A stretch of DNA of 64,000 bases from Callorhinchus milii (GCF_018977255.1 NW_024704743.1:930001-994000); one strand, 5' to 3'; counted from the first letter of the stretch, positions 1 to 12,800 are shown. The notes: a model not told the origin generated them from the letters alone. Translations and numbers: made by a program.

Positions 1-298
1 TGGGGGTAAATTCAAGACAAATCTGCGGAAACGCTATTTCAGGCAGCGACCAGTAAATGTATGGAACAGGCTCCCGAGGGAAGCAGAACGTGTTGATTCT
101 TCTAAAAGTAAATTAGATAGATTTCTGTTCGGAAATAATATCTCGGGATAGATACAGTATATAGTTTGGGACACGCCATGTGCGTGAAACTGCTGGGAAG
201 GCGAACTGGGTGGACCTCGGTCGTCTTTTGTCCAGCAAATTCCTATGTCACAGAAGATGTTGGTTCCCAATCGAGGTGTTAACTTGTCTGTTGCAGTG

Positions 299-410
299 AT
301 GGCAGGCCCCCGGCCTGTGGTGCTGAGCGGACCGTCCGGTGCCGGCAAGAGCACGCTGCTGAAACGGCTTCTCCAGGAATTCGAAGGGATGTTTGGATTC
401 AGTGTCTCAC
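299..410 (+). CDS. GUK1: GUK1 coding exon 1 (P-loop)
   Basis: ttgcag|TG ATG ... TCAC|gtaggt; GPSGAGKST. Confidence 0.95.
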
Positions 411-3400
411 GTAGGTAACATTTGTAATCGCAAGTAATCCGCACTTCGTCGAGACGCCTCAAAGCGCTTCACAGGAATCGCCTGCGTCAGCCCGGCCTCT
501 GAGTCAGAAGCTTGCGGGTTCAAGCCCCGCAGTCGGGGACTTGGAATCGCTGAGGCCAAGGCAGGTTCCAACTGGCGGCCCGTGCGCCACATCCGGCCTG
601 GGGGGGTTATTTCATTTGGCCAAAAGGTTTTGCAGGAAGTTACTTGTCCGCCGCTCACAATAATATTTCAGTTGTGCTTTTTTTTTTAAAAAAACAGATA
701 CAACTCGGAATCCAAGGCCAGGAGAAGAGGACGGCAAAGGTTAGTGATTGTTTTCACTTGTAAACTGCTTCTAGAACGAAAAGTTGAACACTAAATTATT
801 TGAGCTTCAAATAATAATAATAATAATAATAATCCGTGCCTTAGATACGGCGCCTTATCACGTCGTTGAGACGTCTCAAAGCGCTTGTTTTAAAGGACGG
901 GAAGTTTCCGTTCAGCTATCAACAAAGTGCTGTTTGCTTGAGGTAATTTCCTGTTGGTGATTTATCCAGATTACCACTTTGTATCGCGGGAGGAGATGCT
1001 TCGTGGGATTCAGGCTGGGGAATTCATAGAAAGCGCTGAATTCTCCGGAAATATATATGGAACCAGGTGAGTGCAGGAACTTGGTCAACATCACCTTGTA
1101 TGTATTTGGAGAAGCGATTTACAGTATAATAATAATCCTTGCATTTGACACAGCGCCTTATCATGTTGATATATCTCAAAGAGCTTCACAGCTCTGTAGC
1201 GTGGAGTTGAATATGTTTTGTGGGTAAAACATGGGCAGCCAATATGCACAAACAGTCGTGGACTGAGTGTCCAGTTTATTATTATTACAACAGAATACAA
1301 TTTTCACTTGTTTAATGCCTTTCATGCCGGGCAGACACCTCAAAGCACCGCCCAGGATATACGGTAGAGTGTAGTGACTGTAGTTGAAGCCACGTGGATA
1401 GCCACCACATTTCCTTGCAAACACGGTCACTACACTTAAGAATTGATCACGTGAAGCACTTTGAGATACTTATACATCAGAATCAAGATTTATAATATTT
1501 TTGTAAAACGATCAGGGAGCGTTAGTTTAATAGAATTTACAGTGTCCTTCAGTGGGGTAATATCTTGAAGCTTAATTCTTGTATTTGATGTAAATTTGGT
1601 CTGTAATGCCAAAAGACAGGGAGTTTGTGGAAAGTATTAGGCTCAGGTAGGCAAGAGCCAAGGCTTGGGGATCCCAGAGTGTGTGTTGCCGTAACTGCTG
1701 GAGTCTAACCAACTAGCTTGCCATTAAGAAGCAAGCTTTCCTGCTGCTTGTCCAGCTAGGACCACCCTACCTGTTAGGGCTTCGGCTTGCAAGGTTAACA
1801 GGAACCGAGTAGGAGGATTCTCTTCCCCCCCAGTGACTGGTCCTCAATTTAGTATCTCAGATGAAGGATTACTCTGCTTATTGAATTGCGGCTGTTTGTG
1901 CAGTGAGGTTGTAGCACTAACCCGGCGTGCTCCCACTTTGCTTTTTCTAATGAAGAATCAATTAGTGAAGGATTTGCCCTTCCTAAACTGCTGGATATAG
2001 CTGCTCTCAAAGCTGCCTTTACTCAGCTCCTGCTGCTTAATCTCCTTCAGATGTTGTTCACTGAGCAATCCAATCATCGGCAGAAACGGCGGTCATACAG
2101 CACACAGTGAATAATGAACCCAAGCGTGCAATCTGCCTGTTTCACTCTCATTGAACAAGGAATCAGCTGTAAAATATTTTTAGCACAGGTGTCATTCAGC
2201 ACAATCTGTCTTTCCTTTTAGGGGAACGTTTTAAAACTATGGTAATGATAGTGAAGAGGAACAAATAACAAACTAAAAGTCCAGGAGAAGAAAAAGCCGA
2301 ATTTACCTCTGGTTATGTAACTTCACTGGTGTATTGTTGAGCGTAGTGGTCAGCACCCTCACCTCGCAATTGAGAAAAACTGGTTAATAGTGATGGCTAT
2401 CTGTGGGATTTTGCTGCTGTATTGCCTACAGATAGTCTCTACACTTGACTGAAATTATCTGTGAAACACTTTGAGGTATTTCAGGATGGTATGGCACTGG
2501 AAAAATACAAGAGGTTTTAATGCTCCCTGCTACCATGCTCAAAAGTCCTATCGCTCAGCGGTTACAGCACTCGCCTCGCAAGCGAGAGGACCTGGTGGGG
2601 GGCAAAACCTTAGGCAAGTTTCTTTACTCCACACACAGGCCTCTGTTTTCCCGGCAGGAAATAGGAACCCAGCTTTTAGGCGGATCGCTTTCCGGGAAAC
2701 CTCTCCTCTTTTTAAAGAGTGCCGTAGTTTTGATATCGTCAACAGCTTTGCTTTAATGATTAACCCAAAGGACACCACGCCTCCAGCAATGCAGCACACC
2801 ACTTGAGCATCAGCCCAGACTGCGAGATCGAAGGCCCATTCTGTGGCTTGAACCCACAGCGAGAGTTTTACCAGCTGAGCCAGGCTGACACTACGCAATA
2901 AATCCTATGACTCGCTGTGAGATACGTATGGTGTAATTGGATCTCTGACCTAAATTTAATAGTCGTGTATCCTATCTTAAGTGTAAAACTGAAAAAAATT
3001 GCCACAGCGCCCATCCCCAGGACAGCCAGCCTTGACTACGTGAGCTCAAAGTCCTAACGGGGGCTTCAACTAACAACCTATGGCCTCTGGGGCCAGAGCG
3101 CAATCACTGAGCCAGGCTGACAACTGTGCCTTTCTCTTTCAGTAAGGCTGCAGTGCAGGCAGTGCAAGCCAAGAACCAAATCTGCATTCTTGACGTGGAC
3201 ATGCAGGGGGTGAAGAACATCAAGAAAACTGAGCTGAACCCCATCTATATTTCAATACAGCCTCCCTCGTTTGAAGTTCTGGTAAGCTCTCTCTGTGTTA
3301 TTACTGCTACTGGTCTTTGAGACCACATATCGCTGGCAAGGAAGTTCCTAGTGCCTCAATCCCTCGGTCTTGCCCCCTTCCTTGTCTGCCTTCAGATCAC

Positions 3401-5455
3401 ACCTGAAGACCTTCCTTTTGACTGAGCCTTCTCCCCGGCTCAGTGTTGAATGATAGTCATTTGTTATTATTATTACGATAATACTTGGTGATGATTGTTG
3501 AGGAAAGTATTTTAAAAGTAACATACATTTTGACCGTGCTCCCTGGGTGAGGGGCACTAAATAAATACAAGTTATTGTTGTTGTGGGCCATTCAGCTGAA
3601 TTAGTCTGTGCTCGTATTTATACTCTGTATGGACCCCAGTCTCTCCTAATCGCCTCTCCTAATAATTGCAATGCAATATTGCATTAGTGTAGCACCTTTC
3701 ACGTTGGGAGGATGTCCCAAGGCACTGGACAGTCAGGGATTTGGACCCGAGCTCAGGATCAGAGAGGGTAGGAGGGTGACCGAAGGCTCGGTCATAGAGT
3801 TGGGTTTTGAGATGTAGATTAGACAGGAGCTGATTAAATTATTGGTGACTTTTTGCATTTTACTACTCTGCTTGAATCTGTTTTTACTTTTAGGAGAAGC
3901 GGCTAAAAGACCGAAATACTGAAACCCTGGAGAGTTTAGCAAAGAGGTTGTCGGAAGCAAAATTGGCCATTGAATTCAGTGAGTGTGATTCTGGGCTTGT
4001 ACCCTAAGGGCACATATTGTATAAACCACAGGGAACTGCAAATAGCGAATGCAAATATCAAACGTTACACCGAAAATCCCGAAATTTAGTCTTTCTCATT
4101 CAGATTCTGAGTGACCAGCTCTGTATTTCCTGGTTTTATTTCCGCCCCCTTCCCTCCAGGTTTTCTTTTAACTCACGTTTTAGCTGAAATGTTCTTGTTG
4201 CAATGTTCTTTTGTGGTGCTTCATGTGTTTCTCTGTGAGAAAACTTAATTCGGCACTGATTTATAACGTGCTCTATTGTTGATGACTGGTGTCCTCAGTC
4301 GTCACCATCATCGAACCTTAAAGACCAGAAGGAGGCCATTCAGCCCATCGTTGAAAGATCTATCCATCTGGTCGCACTCCTCCACTCTTTCCCCACAGCC
4401 CTACAATTTTTTTTCTTTTCAAGTATCTTATCCAATCCCAATTGTGTGTTGGAAATGACCAAATCTGCCACGTGATGTTCTGAAGCAGTTCATTGTGGGA
4501 CCATTGCTGTTGAAGACTTTCATCATCAATTGTCACCACCCCCCTCCCCCCCCCCACCTCCGTTTCCCTGGGTCATTTACCATTAACTCCTCCTCTCGCT
4601 GGATGCCATTGATCGAAGTCTGAGCGGAGGCTGTCTGTTTGTCCTGCTGTTTTGAGTGCTGCACCCAGGGAGTGACTCTTCCCAGTTTAATACTGCGGTG
4701 AAAGATTATTTTGAGGGGGATTGTCATTCCTGCAGTAAATGAAATGTAGGTAAGGCAGCATGTTCGGCATCTAGTGAGACCACTTTTGTGTGTGTTTTGC
4801 AGGTAAGGAGCCTGGTATGTTTAATGAAGTAATAGTTAACAACGTTTTGGCAGATGCTTATTCGAAGCTGAAATCAGTTCTGACTGAGGTGAGTCAATTC
4901 CAACTAACCTGCTCCTTCACTGAATGCATTCTCTCTGTTAGTGAAATGGAAAATTTCCACTAGTTTTCTAAAATTCTTCTCCTTTTAAGGCCTCTCTCAA
5001 GATCCTCTTCAACCTTGCCTTAGGTCACCCTCCTTCCTACACCTCCTGATCAATCCCCAGCTCGGGTGCAAATCCTTGGCTGTCCAGTGCCTTGGGACGT
5101 CCTCCTGAAAGGCGCTACAACAAATGTAATTTGTTGTTGTAGTTAAACATCAAAAAATTTGAAGCGCTCCCTGTATATGTCTCGCGTGCGGTGTTAGAAT
5201 TGATCTATTGTGGAATTCCTCTGTGCTGATGAGTTTCCATGAGTCTCTGATGCCTGCCTTGACCAAAATACCCCAGCCTTGGGGTTCATACTTATGCAAA
5301 ATAAATGGGGAGGGCAAGTGATAAAGACGAGGAGTGTTAGTTCAAGTGCTGGCACTTTAAATTCATCCAAGTGAGGAATACTATCTTGACTCACCCAAGT
5401 TACCCAAACTANTTTTTTTCAGGAAATTGAAAAGGCAAAGAAATCACAGAACTGA
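299..5455 (+). CDS. GUK1: Guanylate kinase, 197 aa, spliced: join(299-410,698-739,970-1066,3143-3281,3894-3978,4803-4888,5423-5455)
   Basis: Translation [21 protein letters not shown] (P-loop)...[21 protein letters not shown]...[10 protein letters not shown]...ILDVDMQGV...[10 protein letters not shown]. All introns GT-AG, phases consistent, 594 nt total. Confidence 0.96.
698..739 (+). CDS. GUK1: GUK1 coding exon 2
   Basis: aacag|AT...AAAG|gttagt; [14 protein letters not shown]. Confidence 0.95.
970..1066 (+). CDS. GUK1: GUK1 coding exon 3
   Basis: [33 protein letters not shown]; ccag|...AG|gtgagt. Confidence 0.95.
3143..3281 (+). CDS. GUK1: GUK1 coding exon 4
   Basis: [46 protein letters not shown]; ttcag|...|gtaagc. 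Confidence 0.95.
3894..3978 (+). CDS. GUK1: GUK1 coding exon 5 (LID region)
   Basis: [28 protein letters not shown]; tttag|...|gtgagt. Confidence 0.93.
4803..4888 (+). CDS. GUK1: GUK1 coding exon 6
   Basis: [29 protein letters not shown]; ttgcag|...GAG|gtgagt. Confidence 0.92.
5423..5455 (+). CDS. GUK1: GUK1 terminal coding exon
   Basis: tttcag|GAA ATT GAA AAG GCA AAG AAA TCA CAG AAC TGA. Confidence 0.9.
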   Translation, partial: EIEKAKKSQN

Positions 5456-6316
5456 ATGAAGTGTTTGAAGATATTTCCATGCACCATGTCATACAGAAAA
5501 TCCCAGCCCTCTGTTGTGGAATTCCTATTCCCAGCCGTTAGGATCAAATGAAGGAGGAAAATCTCTTATCAAGAGTCTATGTATTTATTCAATATCCTGA
5601 CATCCCTTTCTTTTTATATGTCTGATTATTTCTTAGTTTATTTGGAGGTGTACATTGCCGTCCGTGCTAGCATTCCATTTCCTTCTCATCATTGTCCTTA
5701 AGAATGTATTTTAAAGTAGGAATTGTTCGAAGACGAATGTAGAGGCTTTGTCTGTCTGCTGCTCAGTGTAACCTTCGTAAGGATTTGCCTGTTTTCTTTA
5801 CCAGTTTGCAGGATAGTACCTTTGAGGTGCAATTTTATAACTTGTATTATTTTTTTTAAAAAAGAGTGTACATATTAAAACGAGCCGCTACGATTATATG
5901 TAACACCAAACACTCCAGACACACTTGTTTGTGTGTCATTTTACCCGACGGTGACCAGTAAACCTAGAGTAGGAGCAGATTAATGTCATGGCACAATTTT
6001 CTTTTCTAATTATTTAAATTGCTTTGTGTGCTTAAAGGGTTACCTGATCCCTTTAAGTGCTCTGGTTAAGTTTTTTTTTCTTCTGAGTGTCGCCTTTTGG
6101 CATCTCGTCTCCATCATCAAAATGGTGCGATGAATCCGAACGTAGAATCAATGAAATGTCGACGCAGAGAGAGGCCATTCGGCCCTGTCCTGCCTGTGCA
6201 CTTCCAACTCCATTCCTGGAACTCTGTACGTTAACCTTGTCTCTCCTTCTCCCCTCCCCCACCCCCTTTATGTATTTAGGGCTTCTGATGATTTTTTAAA
6301 ATCTAATCAACCTCCC

Positions 6317-6322
6317 AATAAA
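6317..6322 (+). terminator. Candidate GUK1 poly(A) signal AATAAA (alternatives: ATTAAA 5874-5879, AATAAA 6361-6366)
   Basis: Hexamers downstream of the GUK1 stop; usage not determinable from DNA. Confidence 0.4.
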
Positions 6323-6429
6323 ACACCACAGATTAACAAAAGAAAACTGTGTCGATTCCAATAAACACCGGAAATACCTGTTCTGATGTCATTCCGAGGT
6401 GAGGCTTTCTCTCTCTCTGCAGAGTCCTG

Positions 6430-6755
6430 ATGTTCCACCTGCGCCTGTATTGCTCTCCACCTCTCTCCTCTGTATGTGCAGCCGAGTTTAGTGAAGCGTT
6501 TGAGACTCAGTCGGGGCTTCAGCCTCTCTACCCTCACACCCTTTGGAACTCCATCTCCACAGTCTCTTTGCCTCGTTCCCTCCCTCACCTCCTTCAAGGG
6601 CCGTCTCAAGACCCTCCTCTTTGACTGCGCCTTTGGTCGCCCTCCCCTCCCCCTCCTGATCCCAACCGTCAGATAGGGTACAAATCCTTGACTGTCCAGC
6701 GCCTTAGGATGTCCTCCCGACATGAAAGGCAGCATATAAATGTAATCTGTTGTTG
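6430..6755 (+). mobile_element. L2-clade LINE 3' fragment between the two genes
   Basis: ORF2 C-terminal remnant WNS../[15 protein letters not shown] plus 3' tail ccagcgccttaggatgtcctcccgacatgaaaggc...ttgttg. Confidence 0.7.
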
Positions 6756-7636
6756 AGAGGGAAGCAACGTGTGCACGTGAGGGTGACTGTGTCGCCTCTG
6801 TGTACACGTGTGTGTTCTCAGTACAGTAACAAAGCCTCAAAAAACCATCAATTATAAACACTCTAAAATTGCTACAGATAAACCTCCAAAATTAGACGCC
6901 CTTTACACATATATATATATAGTGTGCATATGTACAAAACAGTATGATTTCCTTTGGAGCTGAAGAAACCAGGAATCTGCAATGTAATGTGTTTTCCGCG
7001 AACAGAATGATGAAGGGAGGGAGTGAGCGGTTTTATGTCTTTCTCGGTAGAAAAAATTCTCTGTGCTAAAGTTCCTCCACGTAAATACTTTTCATGCAAT
7101 CCCAACATTGAAGACCTGAAACCCGTCAACAAATGATGGATGTATACGTGGCATTAGTGTGTAGAAACTCGAGGACAGACTCTCATTGATACTGTCCTGT
7201 ACTGCTGCTCAGGTACAGATTGATTAAGGTTCAGTGTTGTGCACTGAAGTCATCCCAGGAAGATGTCTGATGTTCTACAAGTAATAATTATTACTGGCGG
7301 TAATAATCCCTTCAAATAAAAGCATGTCACAGAATATACTGTATGGCTATGTATTTTGAGGGGGAAAAGTGGCAGCCATTTGCCAGCAGTGTCCTACAAA
7401 CAGCCGTAGCTTAAGCTTATTTTTTTTAAAAGGGATTATTATCTCCGGTAAAGTGATCCACCAATCGACAAAACAACTGGGTTTCTACTTCCTGTCAGGT
7501 AAGCAGCGGCGTGTGGAGTAAGGAAACTTATCTAAGGTTACACCATTGAATGAATATAGAATTTCCCACGTTAAGCTTTCAACAAGAAACCCTACATTAA
7601 CGTGTATTTAAATTCCGTTCTTTTTAACAGCAAATA

Positions 7637-7642
7637 TTTATT
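7637..7642 (-). terminator. Candidate OBSCN (isoform B) poly(A) signal AATAAA
   Basis: tttatt on + about 2 kb past the 9685 stop, followed on - by a GT/T-rich tract (gtagggtttcttgttg). Confidence 0.5.
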
Positions 7643-8135
7643 GAGTAAGAAGAACACATCTATTCCCACTCACATTCCAGGAAAATACTCTTGGAGGCTG
7701 AACTCCTTCCCCATACATTTCCACAGCAGCATGTCTGCGTGTAACTCGTACAGGATTTCTACACGCAGCTCGGGAGAGCAAGTGTTTCTGCTGTGGAGTT
7801 CAGGGATTGGAAAAATTAGTCTCTTGTGGAAACGTTCTCTGTAGAAAAAAACTGTTGCTTTAGAGAGGATTAGAAAGGCGCACGGTATCAAAGAATACAG
7901 GCACAACAGCCTTCACCGCACCAAGCAAAACTGAGCGTTAGCGGAAAAATGTTACTGCACTCGTAAGAGTTAAGCTCTGGGGTCCCATAGGAGGAAACGT
8001 TTTCTACATTGCGTCATTGCACTTAAGTTTCTGTGATGAACATTGACAAAGATCATTATAGCTGTGGCTTCGACAATGCAATTATTTCAATAGTGCTTCA
8101 ATCCCAGATAAAGCTTCTACTCCCATCGTTTAAAT

Positions 8136-8304
8136 CAGTTGGTGGCCAACCCAACATTTGCACAAGTTTAGGTAAGTCTGTGTTAAGTCAATGCACTGTC
8201 TCCTGTAGCTACTGAGTAGCAACGTGTACGGTGTGGCCATATATCCAGAAATATTCAATCAATAAAGATTTAGTTGGCCGACCCAAAAGGTTGGGCCACC
8301 ACTG
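8136..8304. mobile_element. hAT-like MITE (169 bp)
   Basis: TIRs CAGT(T)GGTGGCCAACC / GGTTGGGCCACCACTG; imperfect 8-bp TSD gtttaaat/atttaaag. Confidence 0.65.
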
Positions 8305-8429
8305 ATTTAAAGAAATCAATTTACATTCATGCAGTGTCTTTCGGGAAGACGTCTCAAAGCATTTGACACTGATGGCTGGGCACTTGACCTGGAGAGACCA
8401 AGAGGCGGTCGAAGCTGATAATAATGCGT

Positions 8430-8733
8430 TATCACATTGTCGAGACGTCTAAAAGCGCTTCACAGAAGATATAGTGTGGGCGAAAAGTGGCAGCCAATTG
8501 CGCACAGCAGTGCCCCAAAAACAGTCGTGGATTGAGTGACCAAATTATTATTTTTTGGAGGGATTTACCCCGGGAAAAGTTATCCAACAATTGCTCTGGG
8601 GTCCTACTTACTGCTGAGTAAACAGATGAGTGGAGTAAGGAAACTTGCCTAAGGTTTCGCCCAACCCGGGAATCAAACCCAAGTCCTCTCGCTTGCGAGG
8701 CGAGCGCTCTCACCAATGCTCTGCAGGACTCCA
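8430..8733 (-). mobile_element. tRNA-derived SINE copy in OBSCN 3' UTR
   Basis: Same head (cgcctcgcaagcgagagga...ggtttgattccc), core and tail as the 27197 copy. Confidence 0.75.
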
Positions 8734-9684
8734 CAATGGACGTGCTGTTTATTTTCTGCAAGGATTTGTGAACACCATTCTTCGTGGTCACTGGGTCCTG
8801 AGTTAAAACAATTTGAGGATCGAAAGCTGTAGAGCTAAACTCGTTTGATTCAGTCTCTAACGTTACACGTACGAATGAAAACCAGGAGAAAAAAAGCAGA
8901 AGAAAAGCCTCAAAGCACATGCGATAGGAAATTGGTTGATTACATTTTAAAACTCTCAATCAGAACAAGGCTTCGATGCATTACAACTCCAATACCAGGG
9001 TTGATTTACTGCACGTGCAAACTGGGAATACAAACTTGGCACATAAATCCTGCTGGATATATCAGGCACAAGAGACACGGGTCGGTTCAACTGTTGAGGA
9101 TACAGATCACTACAACAAAAGCCTCCATAAGTTAACCACAAATTGGCATCTTCATCAAGAAATTCCCTCCCCCTGTGCAACTGACCCCCACGGTTTCTCA
9201 ATGACAATGTTAGTGTTATTAGGAGAGACTGAGCAAGAGAGAGACGTTTTTTTTGCGGTCGGGGGTGAAAACTGTAAATAAAACCTTAAAAGGTTTTTGA
9301 AATGGATATATTAGTGGTTCAAACAAGGGGTTTCAATTCACGTTCTGGGGGCAGAAATATCCAGAATATGGGCAAGGGAGCTTATCGGCTCTTTTATATA
9401 ATCCAGAAGTTGCACTTTTAAAACAATTATAAATAAAAATGTAAGACTGACACATTCGCACTTATTGGGAGGGATCCATTCGCATTGCCGTCCAGCTGTG
9501 CAATTATTTATCTAATTGCTATGAGCGGCGAGGCCACCAGTCAATGCCTTCAGTGTCGCCGGCTCCACGTTGCGTTGGAGTCTCATGAACTATATCGCTC
9601 TCACAGCTAAAGTCACCGCGAAGGTCGAGGGAAAAATCAGACCCATCTCAGCCTCTCCTCAGCATTGTCTGGTCTGTTCATTCC

Positions 9685-9862
9685 TCACTCTGGCAGCAGC
9701 ACCTTGTGCTGGGTGCACAGAAGCTTCCGGTGTTTCTCTCGCTGCTTCAGGTAAGACCTGAGTTTGGAGGTTTGGAAGGAAACTGCGGAGTGTCTGAGCT
9801 TGGCTCTCGAGTCCTCCTGCAACCACGGTAGCGCCAGGCACTCGGACCCAGAGGGTCTTCCT
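9685..9862 (-). CDS. OBSCN: OBSCN-B last exon (kinase 2 C-terminus and tail)
   Basis: [15 protein letters not shown]...[30 protein letters not shown]. Confidence 0.92.
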
Positions 9863-12800
9863 CTACAAAGTGAGAGACACAGAAGCGAGAGGTGACTGTG
9901 AAGCATTTTGAGGAGATTAATCAGCGTGAGAGGCGCTGTATCAAATAATTTATATAACGTCGGCAGGAGACCATCTCAAAACGCTTAAACATAAGGATTA
10001 TATTTGTACCATAAAGACCTGGAGCAAACATTGAGCAACTCTTGTCCTTTCTCGCGTTGATAACTGTCAACAAAAAATTGGATTTACACGTTGGGAGGAC
10101 GTCCCAAGGCGCTGGGCACTGAAGGGTTTGCCCCCGAGCTGCGGGGGTGGAAGCGAGGGGGAAGGGGGTGGGGGTGGAGGAGGGAAGATGACCGAAGGCA
10201 CAGTCGAAAAGGAAGGTCCTTAATGTCTTATATCAACACAACAGAGAAAAGATGAGGATTATTTTTGCTTTGAACATTTTCACCACCAATTCTCTCTGCT
10301 GAAGACATTTGCCTGGTTTCCTTCCGCTGGGGGAATCTCAGGTACTTTATCGCAGTAGCCTTGGCACCAGTAAATAGTACAAGCCAATGTTTGATAAAGT
10401 GCCTTTCATGTTGGGATGCCATCACAGAATTTCACAGCATTTACTGTGAAGTGCAACACATATATTTGTGGGCGAATACAATAGCCAACTTGCACACAGC
10501 GATGTTCCACACACAGTTGACCAAGTTTATTTGGGGCACTGTCGGCCAGGACAGAGAGAAACTCCCTCCTCGTTTTGAGCAATGCCCCGGGATCTTTAAC
10601 GTCCACCTGAATAGGCAGGCGGGACCTCGGTTTAACGTTGGGGAACACACTCACCCAGCGTTCCTGCACAGAGTGCTCTTCAGAAAAGAAATGGCTCCTT
10701 GTGAGAGGCCTGTGTAACACCTGCCAATCTTGACTTTGCCTTTCCTTATGTTTTTTTCCTTGTCGGACTCTTTATCGGATGTGAAAGGACAATCTCCGCT
10801 CAACCTGGAACAGAAACACTGCATCGTCAGCTACAGGTCCTTGCATTTGTGATAGCGCCTTCCACATCACTGAAACGTCTCAGTATTTCACAGGATTTAC
10901 TGCTAACGTGCAGTTAAGCTCTCTTGAGAGACTACCCCATGGCACACAGCGACATCCCACAAACAGTCGTGGATTGAGTGACCAAATCATTCGTGTTTTA
11001 TTATTCACTGAACCTGAAGCATTCTTGGTCTGTGTGGCTTGGTTAGAAGGGCCTGTGTCCACCCACCAGTATTATGAGCCATTATATTCTAGGTTGGTCC
11101 TGTGTGGCCAGAGGAGGCAGGGAGAGATAGATTATTTGGGATTAAACGCTGTATATTTATTGGGATGAAATCCAGTAACTCACATGGTAAAGGTCAGAAC
11201 ACCAACTGCCCAGATATCAGTCTCGGGAACCAATCCTTACAATCAAGGATTTCTGGAGCTGAAAAGGAAAAGTTTTAAGTTATAAAAAGAGTTTCATAAT
11301 CTACGTTACGTTATTTTCTGTACATAACATGGAGGGAGGGTTCGGGTGAACTTTGCAACGTGACTGAAGTTGATCTTCACTGTGACGTGTGGTTTAGGAG
11401 GTAAAGTGAGGTCACCCTGGGCTTCAGATGGCTTCAACGTGATATGCTTAGAAATACAATGTCAAACTAAATCAACCCTCTGTGGCAGTCTCACTAATCC
11501 GGTTTCTGAGCCAGATGGATCTGCAGGACTGATAACAGCCCAGCCAGCCTGACTCATCGGCAGGACCTGGAGGGACAGATCTCTGGGAGCGAGGAATCCT
11601 CCCACCCCACAGGTAACTCTCTGCGAGCTCAAGTCCTGGGACATCCTCCTGACATGAAATATAATTTGTTGTCGTCGTTTTCCTAATGGGTCAGTCCTAG
11701 CGGAACAAGAAGTGGGAAAGCTTGCCAGACAGCGTACTCAATAGCAAGCTGTGCACCTTGAGCTGGTGAGACTCCAGCAGTTATCCCCACGCACGCTCTG
11801 GGGTCCCCAAACCTTGGTTCTCTCCCCAACCTCTGCCTAATACTTTCCGCAATTAGGTAAAGGGATGTGTGCGGATTCCATCCCAGACAGGTGGAAATTT
11901 CCAAGTGTAGGTGGCCATACAGATGTGAAACTCTTTCCTGATACGTCACCACCAGCTGAACAAAATAAAAGTGTCAGAGGTACACCTACAGCCATGTAAA
12001 ACAGCAGGGGCTGGTTTTGTAGCCTAGCTTCGGAGTCTTATTTTCTCCATGAGCTAAACATTCTGGGTCTTTCCGCCACCAACCTTTGGAACTGCATCCC
12101 ACAGTCCCTTCGCCTCGCCCCCTCTCTTGCCCGTTTCAGGACCCTCCTCTTCGACCGTACCTTTGGTTGCTCACCAACCCCTACCCCCCCTGCCTCCCAC
12201 CCCCTCCTGATCCCGCCCCCCAGCGCGGGTGAAGATCCCTTACTGTCCAGCGCCTTGTGACGTCCTCCTGACGTGAAAGGCGCTGTAGAAGTGTTGACAG
12301 GGCAAAGACTCACCCATATTCTCCACAAAGTCTCCACATTTCCCCACGTGGGCAGGACGGGCAGCAGTGAGATGTTGGGCGCTGCCGAAGTCCAGCAGCT
12401 TTAGCTTCTCGCCCTCCACGATCATCATGTTTTCTGACCTCAGATCGAGGTGAAGCGTGTGATTGAAGTGCAGGAACTGGACGGTGCCGAGTAACTGCTC
12501 GAGCAGCGACACCACCTCGTGCTCCGTGTAGGAAGCTCTGCAGCACAGACACACACCCCATGAGGCTTCGGTATTGGGCACCCGGCGGATTTAACAGACG
12601 CTGCGACCTTTTATTTTTGTGGAGTCCTGTAGCTCAGGGGTTAGAGCACTCTTCTCGCAAGCGAGAGGACCCGGGTTTGATTCCCAGGTGGGGTGAAACC
12701 TTGGGCAAGGTTCCTTACTCCACACACACTCCTCTGTTTACCCGCAGTGTTTTTGCCCTGTCAACCTGGTTGTTAGTCGAGTGGCGGGTCGTTTTTCCAC

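Noticed and set aside
6307..6861. 184-aa minus-strand ORF and overlapping plus ORFs
   Set aside because: Readings of an L2 LINE 3' fragment
8432..8959. 175-aa ORF
   Set aside because: Largely translated SINE sequence inside the 3' UTR
12621..12690. tRNA-Ala-like sequence with A and B boxes (also near 2550, 8700, 24300, 27550, 57280)
   Set aside because: Runs straight into the SINE body, has no proper acceptor stem and occurs in many diverged copies; these are SINE heads, not tRNA genes
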